From NCBI GenBank assembly GCA_038127845.1, contig JAYPIL010000001.1, positions 7,960 through 71,959 on the forward strand: a DNA stretch of 64,000 nucleotides, written 5' to 3'. The position numbers were made by a program, and so were the translations under genes. This document shows positions 1 through 8,853 of this stretch, one piece after another. The notes below the pieces were generated by a model that made no database searches, was not told the DNA's origin, and saw only the letters and a list, made by a program, of their open reading frames with translations. Each line of letters starts with the position of its first letter. Within the stretch, counting starts at the first letter, position 1. Source of the DNA: Poseidonia sp. (lineage in GTDB: Archaea > Thermoplasmatota > Poseidoniia > Poseidoniales > Poseidoniaceae).

Positions 1-2
1 AG

Positions 3-500
3 GGAGACGATGAAGAGATGGACATCTACCAAGCCCTCGGACTGAACAAGCCGGTCGAATCGTCAACCCAAGCGACTGCTCTCGATATCTACGACCCTTT
101 GGCTGCCTTCATGGACGATGATGAGGATGACGAGTTGGTCAACGAATCAACCGATGTTACATCAACATCCGTCAGCCATGAAACCGTTGAGACCCTGCTC
201 GCCACGCTCGCCCGTGACCTTCTTGATGACGAGCGTTTGAGTGCCAGCCTCATTGGTGGTCACGCCGACCTTGCAAGCATCAAAGTCCAAAGAGACCGTG
301 AGGCCTACCACCTTTCGCTCATCGTCGACATGGGCGGAACGCACATCCGTCCGTTCGCTACGGTGCTCGCCGTGGACGATGCTTGGAAACCGCTCAGCGC
401 TCCAAAGGGCCTCCACGCCAAGTGGAAGCCGCTCTACGAATCCCTCTGCAACGCACTGGCCTCAGCACTCGCCCAACAGGGACGTCCCTCAAGCATCTGA
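3..500 (+). CDS. Hypothetical acidic protein, C-terminal fragment. The reading frame is open to the window start, so the N-terminus lies upstream.
   Basis: The reading frame is open from nt 3 (..GDDEEMDIYQALGL..). It is acidic and low-complexity, and I recognise no domain. Confidence 0.35.
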   Translation, partial: GDDEEMDIYQALGLNKPVESSTQATALDIYDPLAAFMDDDEDDELVNESTDVTSTSVSHETVETLLATLARDLLDDERLSASLIGGHADLASIKVQRDREAYHLSLIVDMGGTHIRPFATVLAVDDAWKPLSAPKGLHAKWKPLYESLCNALASALAQQGRPSSI

Positions 501-881
501 GTCGTGCAATTCCACTCGCCAATCGATGGCGATGGATGGGTCCAATGAATTCGAGACGCTGCAATATTTCTCGTGGCTTTTCTCGACGATTCGCTCCACC
601 AGTTTCTGGGGCACATCGCCGACCACGTGATAGACCATGGTCATGGTCACGAACCTCCGTGGCGATGCTTCTGCTCGGGTTGAATCCAAGTCGACCCAAG
701 CCTTCGTGAACGCCCGGTCTTTGAGGCCGATAACCACATCCACGAGCGAACATGCCCCGACCATCTGCAACGTGAGTTGCATGGGCGAAGGCCCAGTCTC
801 CCAGTCCATCTCAATCCGCTGACCGGAGGCATTGATGCCCACCATTCCTGTACCGCTTGTCCACTCCACGCGTCCCTGCAT
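489..881 (-). CDS. OsmC/Ohr-family peroxiredoxin-like protein
   Basis: A ~130-aa protein with the OsmC-like signature region '..EKYCSVSNSL..'. Its size and G-rich N-terminus are typical of OsmC. Confidence 0.65.
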   Translation of the reverse strand: MQGRVEWTSGTGMVGINASGQRIEMDWETGPSPMQLTLQMVGACSLVDVVIGLKDRAFTKAWVDLDSTRAEASPRRFVTMTMVYHVVGDVPQKLVERIVEKSHEKYCSVSNSLDPSIAIDWRVELHDSDA

Positions 882-918
882 GGACAGAGGAGAGGCGGTT
901 CATTCTTGAAGGAGATGC

Positions 919-2166
919 ATGTGGGTGAAGGCGAGAGACATGTCAGGTACACCGGTCACCATGCAAAACGGCACGCTCGAGGTCCCCAACGACCCCGTGA
1001 TTCACTATATCGAAGGCGACGGCATCGGTGTTGACATCACCCCGGTCATGATTCGTGTGGTTGACGCTGCCGTTGAGAAAGCCTACGGCGGCGAGAAGGG
1101 CATTGTGTGGTCCGAAGTGCTCGCCGGTGAGAAGGCCTTCAATGCGACGGGTGAATGGTTGCCTCAAGCAACCCTCGACGCCATGAAGACCGGCCTCGTG
1201 TCCATTAAGGGCCCCTTGACCACGCCGGTTGGCGGTGGAATCCGCTCTCTCAACGTGGCCCTCCGGCAAAAACTCGACCTCTATGCTTGCGTTCGCCCCG
1301 TTCGCTGGTACGATGGCACACCTTCTCCGGTCAGAGCTCCAGGCGATGTTGACATGATCATCTTCCGAGAAAACAGCGAAGACGTGTACGCTGGCATTGA
1401 ATGGGAGGCGGAAAGCGATGAGGTCAAGCGTGTCATTGACTTCCTGCAAAACGAGATGGGTGTTGACAAAATTCGATTCCCCAACACCTCAGGTATCGGC
1501 ATCAAACCCGTTTCCAAAGAAGGCACGGCTCGGATTGTTCGTGCGGCCATCCAATACGCCATCGACAACGACAAGCCGAGCGTCACGCTGGTTCACAAAG
1601 GCAACATCATGAAGTTCACCGAGGGAGGATTCAGAGACTGGGGCTACACCCTCGCCAAGGAAGAATTCGGTGCAACCGAACTTGACGGTGGCCCTTGGTG
1701 CACGCTTGAAAACCCCCACACGGGCAACACCATCGTCATCAAGGATGTCATCGCCGACGCCATGCTCCAGCAAATCATCACCCGTCCAGCCGAATACAGC
1801 GTGCTCACGACGATGAACCTCAACGGCGACTACATCTCCGACGCACTGGCAGCCCAGGTGGGCGGCATCGGCATCGCTCCGGGTGCCAACATCAACTACG
1901 ACACCGGGATTTCAATCTTTGAAGCCACCCACGGAACCGCACCAAAGTACGCCGGTCAGGACAAGGTCAATCCAGGTTCCCTCATCCTCTCTGCCGAAAT
2001 GATGCTGCGTCACATGGGTTGGCGAGAGGCTGCCGATCTCATCGTGAAGGGTATGGAAGGTGCCATCTCCAACAAGACGGTGACCTACGACTTTGAGCGC
2101 TTGATGGACGACGCGACCCTGCTCTCTTGCAGCGCCTTTGGCGAGGCCATGATTCACCACATGTGA
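919..2166 (+). CDS. icd: NADP-dependent isocitrate dehydrogenase
   Basis: The N-terminus '[25 protein letters not shown]' aligns with prokaryotic IDH ('[23 protein letters not shown]'). The product is 415 aa. Confidence 0.9.
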   Translation: MWVKARDMSGTPVTMQNGTLEVPNDPVIHYIEGDGIGVDITPVMIRVVDAAVEKAYGGEKGIVWSEVLAGEKAFNATGEWLPQATLDAMKTGLVSIKGPLTTPVGGGIRSLNVALRQKLDLYACVRPVRWYDGTPSPVRAPGDVDMIIFRENSEDVYAGIEWEAESDEVKRVIDFLQNEMGVDKIRFPNTSGIGIKPVSKEGTARIVRAAIQYAIDNDKPSVTLVHKGNIMKFTEGGFRDWGYTLAKEEFGATELDGGPWCTLENPHTGNTIVIKDVIADAMLQQIITRPAEYSVLTTMNLNGDYISDALAAQVGGIGIAPGANINYDTGISIFEATHGTAPKYAGQDKVNPGSLILSAEMMLRHMGWREAADLIVKGMEGAISNKTVTYDFERLMDDATLLSCSAFGEAMIHHM

Positions 2167-2181
2167 GTGGAGGACGACCGC

Positions 2182-2547
2182 ATGCCCCGTTCGTACGATG
2201 CGCGCTGGGTGAGCATTAAAGGCGGTGAAGAACGCAAGTGGTGGATTCGAGCAAAGGCAAAACTGGACACCGGTGCCAAGCGATGTTCCATTGACGAGGG
2301 GCTTGCTCAAGCCCTTCAATTGCCGGTGGTTGGCGAAGTGAATGTTCGTAACGCCATGGGCAGCCAGGTGCGCAACATCGTGCTTGCCAGCGTCCGAGTT
2401 GGGCGAACCACCCACGAAGTGGAAATGACGGTGGCTGACCGCAGCATGCTGAAGTGCCCCATGTTGCTCGGCAAGGAATTTCTCGACATCCTTGCCCAAC
2501 AACCCCTCAAACCGGGCAACAAAAGCGATGTGCCCCAGTTTGTCTAA
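2182..2547 (+). CDS. Retropepsin-like aspartic endopeptidase (PF05618/PF13650-like small protease)
   Basis: Carries the Asp-protease active-site motif 'KLDTGAKRCSID' (D-T-G-A) in a ~120-aa protein. A GTG at 2167 would abut the icd stop codon. Confidence 0.55.
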   Translation: MPRSYDARWVSIKGGEERKWWIRAKAKLDTGAKRCSIDEGLAQALQLPVVGEVNVRNAMGSQVRNIVLASVRVGRTTHEVEMTVADRSMLKCPMLLGKEFLDILAQQPLKPGNKSDVPQFV

Positions 2548-5500
2548 AGTGCGAGCCACGGTTTGAGCGTGCGGTTGCTCTTGGTCACGCTGAAGCCGAA
2601 CCGTTCTTCGATGGCCCGGTCAACCAAGGTGAAGTCACCGTCCATCGTCGCCACCAAAACCGCCCCGACATCCGGGATGGCTTGGGTGGAAAAGTGCATG
2701 GCAAGACGGTAGATGTCCAGATCCGTTGACTCCGGGAAAATGGCTTGACCGTCGAGTTCGGTTCGAATGGTCACGCTTCGCAGTTCCTTCAATTCCGTGA
2801 GTTCCTCAAACACTTCCCGGTGATGCAGCAAGAAATCGTTCAGCGCCTCCGAGGACGAAGGGACTTCCGCCAGCATCGCCTCGGTCGGTGTCCACGTGTT
2901 GTAATCCGAAAGAACCTCGTCGACGAGACCCGACATCACCGTAGCATCGAGCGTCTGTTCGAGCACCGTTGCATCGACCATCGCGCTTTGGAATCGGCGC
3001 AGCAAGCGTTTGTCGTGAGCGATGGCCCTCAATTCATTCTTCACATCGTTTGGCACCATCAGATGCAAACGCTTGGCCTTGGCATGGTGAGAAAGAATGC
3101 GGTGGAATCGGTTGGAGCCGATCATGTTCAAGTTGGTCTCGAAAATCAAGTCCATCCGGGTGAACATCTTCTCCACCAGGGCGTCAACCAGAATGTTCGT
3201 ATCAACGATGACCAAGGGCTTGAGCGAAAGGTTGTGCAAGAAGCGGCGCTTTGAGGTCGGAATCTCCTCCTTGTAGAGGGAGAAGAGCGATTGTTCAACC
3301 ATTGCAAGACGCTTTTGAGCCGTGACCGAGAACTTTGAGGAATTTTGTGCTCGTTCGAGGTACATCAACCCCTCAAAGGCGCCCTCCTCGGCTGCATTCT
3401 TTGCGATTTCGTAGATTTCATCGAGCGACGGTGAAGGTGTCATCATGGCCTGTCGGAATTGATGCTCAAACTGTGTTCTTGAACGACGCAATTCTCGGCT
3501 GATATGCGTGGCAGCTGCGGTGACCCGGCCGAGGAAGGGTTCGGGAGGAAGCAGATGGGCTTGTTCAAACGGATAGTTTCGCAACAAATCCAATTCTTCT
3601 TCATTGTACACCGTTTTGGTGCGTTCGATGAGGTTGCCTTCCACGTCTTCTTCGGTAAATTTCACCCGCTCTTGGACGTGCTTCCGAACCAAACGGGCCG
3701 CCTCGTTCGTGTCCGAACCCGCTTGGTGACAGACGCGCAGGTAGAGTTTGAAGCGCTCGGTGATGGCCGTTTTCAAGGCCGGTACCCTGTCAAGGAGGTC
3801 AACCGCTTCCGCCCATGAGGTTGCGTGAGCGTAGTGAATCAGCGACTTTCGGTACAGGGCGAGCGGAAGTGCCAGGGCAGAGTCGTCGTCATCCGATTCC
3901 TCCGAGGCTTCCTTGGCGTCACCCCGTTGACGCTGTTTGTTGAACAATTCTGCAGCACGGGAGTATTCTCGAGCCGAGTTCAACTCATCCCCGTTTGAGG
4001 CAAACAACGCTGCTCGTGTCAGTGGAGCCCACGCAGAGAGCGGGTCGTGCTGCTGATACCATGTGACCAAGTTTGGGAGGCCAAGGTCGTGTTCCATGGC
4101 CAAATAGGAAAAGGATTGAATCAATCGCAGCGGAAGATAGGCTTCCGAAAGGAGGTCGTTGAGCGCCGAGGCGTCTGCATCTTTCGCCATGCCAATGGTG
4201 TAGGATTGGAGGTAGCCGTTGAGGGTGAGCGTGAGGATCATCGCTTCAAACAGTCGACGCTCAATGGCGGTCAACTCCAAGTCGTCGAGCGTGCTGCTGA
4301 GGTTCCTCAAGTGCGTATCGCTGACCACCCCATCGCCCGCTGTGAGGGCTGCACTGATGGGAGAGAACGCCTTCAATGCATTCTTGTTGAGAACGTTGAC
4401 CACCTCCGGCGTCTCCTTGTAAATGCCCTCCATCAACAACAGAAGATGTTCAGCAACAGGTGTCAAGACCTCGGGTACCTCAGCCCCGTGAATGGCTTGA
4501 AGGGCTTTGGTTCTGCACGCATAGATTCCCGGCCGTAACGAGGCGTCAATGGTTGAAGGAGCGAGGTGGCTGACCAACAAAGCACCGTATGGATGGGAGA
4601 GCGGAAGCAAGTCGTCACGGGCGAAAACCTTGGCCAAACGTTCAATGTCCAACGCTTCGAGAAGCAGGGCCAGGACCGAGGCTTTGGCTTCGTCCCACAA
4701 TTCTCCATATTCGTCGCAAAAGCGCTGGGCCGCCGAGAGGCGAAGCGCCATGTCGAGATGCTGTTCAGACAGCACATGGAACAAGGCCTGTTCGTCAATG
4801 TCGGGGATAAATCGCTGCAACCAGTTGTTGGCTCGTTCATCGTTCATGGAGATAACAAGCGGCAGCAGTTCAGCGACATCGGATGTGCTGTCGAGACGCA
4901 TTTGGTCGAGAACATCCATCGCTTCGTCCTGCTTTCCTTCCCGAAGCAAGGCGTGCAGGTACCACCATGTCAATCGGTCCCGTCCTTCATGAAGATGAAC
5001 GGCTTCCAGCAGCGAGAGGCCTGCACGGAGTTCGTCCGAGGTTGATTGTTCCGCTTCAGCCGGGGCATGCTGCCAAGCAAGCGTTTGACGAGCCTTGGTC
5101 AACGGGTCGTCCCGGGTGGATGTCAGGATGGAAGACCAATCCTCGACCCGACCCTGCTGCAGCGATTGGAAATCAAAAAGAGCGGCGGTGAGTTCCGCAT
5201 CGTCCTTTTCACACGTTGCTTTCGTTTCCTCCGACACGTCGAGGCCGTTGTGCAGTTGAAGCAACAGCGTGACGAACGCCAGCGACCCCTCCAAATTGAG
5301 CAAGGCCGTGTCCATGGACACCGTCCGGCCTCCGGAGAGTTGGCTGGTCGCCTTTTGCAAGGCCACCTTCACGTCCGCGTCGTGAACACCCGCTGCTGCC
5401 AACTTGAGAACCGTGACAAGACCGTCACGGTCTCGTGGGTCGACCCAAAAGAAATCGGTTGAAAGCGTACTCTTCGTGCTTTTCTTCGATACTTTGGCTT

Positions 5501-5993
5501 TTGGGAAGGCCAAAAATTGACCCAACAGGGGCGTTTTCTCCCCGATGAGGTGCCACACCGGATGAACCCCTTTTTCGAGGCATGTTTCCCGCAGAGAGGT
5601 CTCGTGGGTGTTCCAAGCTTCATCCCAATTCTCCTTGTCGAGTTGCTTGTGAATCAGCAGTGCTGCAAGCTGGTAGGCCGCAGAGTAGGGTGCTTCATCG
5701 ATGATCTTCTCGGGTTTGTGAAGCCACGTCATGTACGAAGGTCCGGTTTGGCGACCCGTACGGCGAGCACGGCCTCGTGGGCGAGCCATCGGTTGTCGAC
5801 GTGGAGCGGCATCGTCCTCATCGTCTTCGGCAGGTGGCTCCATTTCGTGAGCAGCGACAATCAGCACCGCCATCAGCGGTTTGTCGACCATTCTCGAGGC
5901 CGATTCTCGATTCATAGCGGAGACACGAACATTGCCCGACATGGGCTTCGAAAACGCTGCCTTGAGACAGGTTTCCATGTACGATTCGTCCAA
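2544..5993 (-). CDS. Large (about 1100-aa) helical protein with a C-terminal PIN-domain nuclease. The N-terminal ~900 aa are of unknown function.
   Basis: An uninterrupted 1149-codon ORF. The C-terminus has PIN motifs 'LVIVDTNILVD', '..VKNEL..', 'TDLDIY', 'LVATMDGDF' (the D-E-D-D tetrad). There is no Walker A. The true start may be an internal Met (e.g. around 5732 or 5789). Confidence 0.7.
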   Translation of the reverse strand: MDESYMETCLKAAFSKPMSGNVRVSAMNRESASRMVDKPLMAVLIVAAHEMEPPAEDDEDDAAPRRQPMARPRGRARRTGRQTGPSYMTWLHKPEKIIDEAPYSAAYQLAALLIHKQLDKENWDEAWNTHETSLRETCLEKGVHPVWHLIGEKTPLLGQFLAFPKAKVSKKSTKSTLSTDFFWVDPRDRDGLVTVLKLAAAGVHDADVKVALQKATSQLSGGRTVSMDTALLNLEGSLAFVTLLLQLHNGLDVSEETKATCEKDDAELTAALFDFQSLQQGRVEDWSSILTSTRDDPLTKARQTLAWQHAPAEAEQSTSDELRAGLSLLEAVHLHEGRDRLTWWYLHALLREGKQDEAMDVLDQMRLDSTSDVAELLPLVISMNDERANNWLQRFIPDIDEQALFHVLSEQHLDMALRLSAAQRFCDEYGELWDEAKASVLALLLEALDIERLAKVFARDDLLPLSHPYGALLVSHLAPSTIDASLRPGIYACRTKALQAIHGAEVPEVLTPVAEHLLLLMEGIYKETPEVVNVLNKNALKAFSPISAALTAGDGVVSDTHLRNLSSTLDDLELTAIERRLFEAMILTLTLNGYLQSYTIGMAKDADASALNDLLSEAYLPLRLIQSFSYLAMEHDLGLPNLVTWYQQHDPLSAWAPLTRAALFASNGDELNSAREYSRAAELFNKQRQRGDAKEASEESDDDDSALALPLALYRKSLIHYAHATSWAEAVDLLDRVPALKTAITERFKLYLRVCHQAGSDTNEAARLVRKHVQERVKFTEEDVEGNLIERTKTVYNEEELDLLRNYPFEQAHLLPPEPFLGRVTAAATHISRELRRSRTQFEHQFRQAMMTPSPSLDEIYEIAKNAAEEGAFEGLMYLERAQNSSKFSVTAQKRLAMVEQSLFSLYKEEIPTSKRRFLHNLSLKPLVIVDTNILVDALVEKMFTRMDLIFETNLNMIGSNRFHRILSHHAKAKRLHLMVPNDVKNELRAIAHDKRLLRRFQSAMVDATVLEQTLDATVMSGLVDEVLSDYNTWTPTEAMLAEVPSSSEALNDFLLHHREVFEELTELKELRSVTIRTELDGQAIFPESTDLDIYRLAMHFSTQAIPDVGAVLVATMDGDFTLVDRAIEERFGFSVTKSNRTLKPWLAL

Positions 5994-6120
5994 CCTTGCA
6001 TCCCCTCGGTTCCTGCCACGGCAAGAGCCCTTTCAATGCACCGATGGGCCACGATGGCGGAGGTTGGCACTGACGCATACTTCCTTGAACCATGGACACC
6101 TCGCCAACGACGAGTCACCC

Positions 6121-6591
6121 ATGGACACGCTTCCCCTGATTGTGCTCCTTCTCCACCCGCTGCTGGCCAGTGGCTTGGTTGTGTGGATTTGGTGGCAGTA
6201 TGCTTGGCGAAAAAAATCCTACGAGCTCAAGGGCGAAGAGCGAGCGACCTACCTCGCTCGGCACGAGGCGAACGGAGAGCGCTTGCTTTGGGCCACAGGA
6301 GCCGTCATCCTCATCGCCTTCGCTGCCCGTGGCTTCACCGGCTGGTACGAGGGAGAGGGACTGTTGGCATCCCTTGTTCCGCAGTCCCTCCATGGCTTCA
6401 TGGGCCCGGTTGGCTTCGCGCTGATGGTGATTCTGACACGGTTTGGCAAACAGGCCCGGACACAGCGTCAGGCAGGAGAATCCTTCGCTGTGGCCAAACT
6501 CAAACACGGTCGGTCGGCTGACCTGATCGTGTACCTCGTGTTCATCCACGCCTTCCTCGGCTTCATCTACACCTTTGACGTGCTCATGTGA
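6121..6591 (+). CDS. Small 4-TM membrane protein (DUF4079-like?)
   Basis: Begins at ATG 6121 with 'MDTLPLIVLLLHPLLASGLVVWIWW' and has four hydrophobic helices. The upstream part of the track ORF (5881..) overlaps the opposite-strand PIN gene and is probably not translated. Confidence 0.5.
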   Translation: MDTLPLIVLLLHPLLASGLVVWIWWQYAWRKKSYELKGEERATYLARHEANGERLLWATGAVILIAFAARGFTGWYEGEGLLASLVPQSLHGFMGPVGFALMVILTRFGKQARTQRQAGESFAVAKLKHGRSADLIVYLVFIHAFLGFIYTFDVLM

Positions 6592-6651
6592 GCCAGCCTT
6601 CGGCCTTTTCGATAGCGCCCTTCGTTGGAAGGTTCAGACGACGTTTGTCGT

Positions 6652-8112
6652 TCAGCCCAAGATGGTGCTGAACAACCAACCGAAGGTCGATTCGTTGCCT
6701 GGGCCAAGGTAGAACATCAACATGAACACGGCAATACCGTACATGATGGGACTTGGCTCGTCGGCCTTGCCCATACCCAACTTGATGGCCACGTAGGAGA
6801 TGACACCCCAAGCAATACCGTCAGCGATGGAGTAGGTGAACGGCATCAAGACCATCGTCAAGAAGGCCGGCAACACCATTTCCTTGTCGTCCCAGTCAAT
6901 TTCGGTGGCCTGCTTCATCATCATGCCACCAATGATCACCAGTGCACAAGCAGCGGCAAAGGTGGGGATGGCTTTGAACAGGCCAGAGAGGAACAAACCA
7001 GAGAGCATCAACACACCGACGGTGATGGCCGTCAGTCCGGTCTTTCCGCCTTCCTCAACACCCGCAGCGGATTCGATGTAGGTGGTGGTCGTGCTCGTAC
7101 CGCAGATGGCACCGGCAATGGTGGCAGCAGCGTCGGACATGAAGGCTTCTTCCGAGTTCTGGAGCTCGTCGTCCTCGTTGACGTAGCCAGCTTGGCGGCC
7201 CACGGAGTAGAGGGTTCCTGCGGTGTCGAAGATGTCGACGAAGAGGAAGGCGATCATGACCAACATGAAGTCGGCGAGGTTGTCGCCAACGTCACCAAGG
7301 GCCCCAAAGGCAGCTCCAAGAGATTCGTCGGGCATGCCGACAAACCCAAAGATTTCCTCAGGCCAAGCGGCTTCTGAAGCACCCCAGCCTGCACCGCCCG
7401 CAACGAAATCGTTGTAGGGGTCGTAAGCACCAACAATCCATCCATAGACGGAAGCACCGAGGATGCCGTAAATGATAGCGCCCTTGATGCCACGGGCCAT
7501 CATGACCGCAATGGCGATGAGGGCGACCATGGAAATGACAGCACCGTGCTGGTAGATGGCGTACTCGCCAGCGCCCCAAGCCTCGGTCGTGGCGAGGTTA
7601 ACGAGGGTGGCACCATCGTCCTGAATCCAACCCATCTCACGAAGACCGATGATGGCGAGGAACATACCGATACCGGCGCCTGTTGCAATCTTCAGGTCCT
7701 TGGGGATGGCGTTGATCATCTTGGTTCGCCATCCGATTTGTGGAATCGAGATGATGAGGAAAATGATACCTTCAACCAAGACGGCAGCGAGAGCGATTTT
7801 CCAATCGATGCCCATGCCGAGCACAACGGCGAAGGTAAAGTAGGCGTTGAGACCCATTCCAGGAGCCAGAGCGAAGGGAAGGTTGGCCCACAAACCCATG
7901 ACCACACAGCCGACAAAGGCGGCGATGGCCGTTGCAAACAACGCATCGTCAAACGGAATACCGCCGACACTCAGCATCGCTGGGTTCACGAGCAGGATGT
8001 ACGCCATCGTCAAGAAGGTCGTCAATCCGGCTCTCAATTCGCCATTTAAGGTGGCACCTCGTTCTTCAAACTTGAAGTAATTTCCAATATCTTGCTCAAA
8101 TCCCATGTTCAT
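6652..8112 (-). CDS. NCS2 / AzgA-family nucleobase (adenine/guanine/hypoxanthine) permease
   Basis: A 486-aa polytopic protein with typical AzgA/PbuG-like segments ('GLTTFLTMAYILLVNP', 'PFALAPGMGLNAYF'). Confidence 0.85.
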   Translation of the reverse strand: MNMGFEQDIGNYFKFEERGATLNGELRAGLTTFLTMAYILLVNPAMLSVGGIPFDDALFATAIAAFVGCVVMGLWANLPFALAPGMGLNAYFTFAVVLGMGIDWKIALAAVLVEGIIFLIISIPQIGWRTKMINAIPKDLKIATGAGIGMFLAIIGLREMGWIQDDGATLVNLATTEAWGAGEYAIYQHGAVISMVALIAIAVMMARGIKGAIIYGILGASVYGWIVGAYDPYNDFVAGGAGWGASEAAWPEEIFGFVGMPDESLGAAFGALGDVGDNLADFMLVMIAFLFVDIFDTAGTLYSVGRQAGYVNEDDELQNSEEAFMSDAAATIAGAICGTSTTTTYIESAAGVEEGGKTGLTAITVGVLMLSGLFLSGLFKAIPTFAAACALVIIGGMMMKQATEIDWDDKEMVLPAFLTMVLMPFTYSIADGIAWGVISYVAIKLGMGKADEPSPIMYGIAVFMLMFYLGPGNESTFGWLFSTILG

Positions 8113-8148
8113 TTCTCCTTTAGGGTTAGCCTGTCTTAGTCATAGAGG

Positions 8149-8160
8149 GATTAATATACT
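8149..8160 (-). promoter_or_regulatory. Putative archaeal TATA box for the permease gene
   Basis: The minus strand reads 'AGTATATTAA' about 40 nt upstream of the permease start codon (8112). Confidence 0.4.
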
Positions 8161-8215
8161 TCGGGTGCCAAAAATGGCCTTTGAAGGCCAAAAAACAGGT
8201 TCCTCCCCTACTCCA

Positions 8216-8758
8216 TCAGTCGTCGTAGGCAACCAGCGCATGAACGGGTGCGTTCACCGCATCACGTCCGTTAAGGAAAGTGAGGTCAATCACCACGCCG
8301 CAGCCCACCACCTCGGCTCCAACCGACACGCACAACGCTACCGAGGCGGCCAGCGTTCCGCCCGTTGCCAAGAGATCGTCCAAAATCACCACCCGCTGCC
8401 CCTCCTCGATGGCATCGGTTTGAATTTCGATGGTGTCCGTTCCATATTCCAAATCGTAGGTGAGGGCGTGGGTGGGACCCGGTAGTTTTCCTTGCTTGCG
8501 AATCATCATCATCGGCAGGCCAAGTCGCTGCGCGAGCGGGACGGCAAAGAGAAACCCACGACTTTCAATCCCCGCGATGACATCGGGCTTCCACTGCCGA
8601 ATCTGCTCCTCAAGTGAATCGAGGCAATGCTTCATTGCATCGGGGTTGCGCAGCAGCGTGGCGATGTCGTAGAACAGAATGCCCTCAACGGGAAAGTCAG
8701 GAATGCCGCGGATGTGCTCCTTGAGGTTCATGATCTGCCAAAACAAGGGTCGGTTCAT
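8216..8758 (-). CDS. apt: Adenine phosphoribosyltransferase
   Basis: Contains the PRPP-binding motif 'VVILDDLLATGGT' in a 180-aa protein with type-I PRTase architecture. It sits next to the purine permease. Confidence 0.9.
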   Translation of the reverse strand: MNRPLFWQIMNLKEHIRGIPDFPVEGILFYDIATLLRNPDAMKHCLDSLEEQIRQWKPDVIAGIESRGFLFAVPLAQRLGLPMMMIRKQGKLPGPTHALTYDLEYGTDTIEIQTDAIEEGQRVVILDDLLATGGTLAASVALCVSVGAEVVGCGVVIDLTFLNGRDAVNAPVHALVAYDD

Positions 8759-8853
8759 GAACGTGCCTCAGCCACAAGCGAGGTGTTTGGAACGACACCC
8801 GGTGTTTGGCGTGCAGACGCCGATTCAAATACACCTTTTCAGTCGGCCGCTTT

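Noticed and set aside
5517-6521. 334-aa and 236-aa + strand ORFs (5517-6521, 5881-6591) overlapping the 5' end of the PIN-protein gene
   Set aside because: Only the portion from ATG 6121 encodes a convincing hydrophobic membrane protein. The upstream extension overlaps the opposite-strand gene and is Arg-rich and low-complexity. It is treated as a non-coding extension of the open frame.
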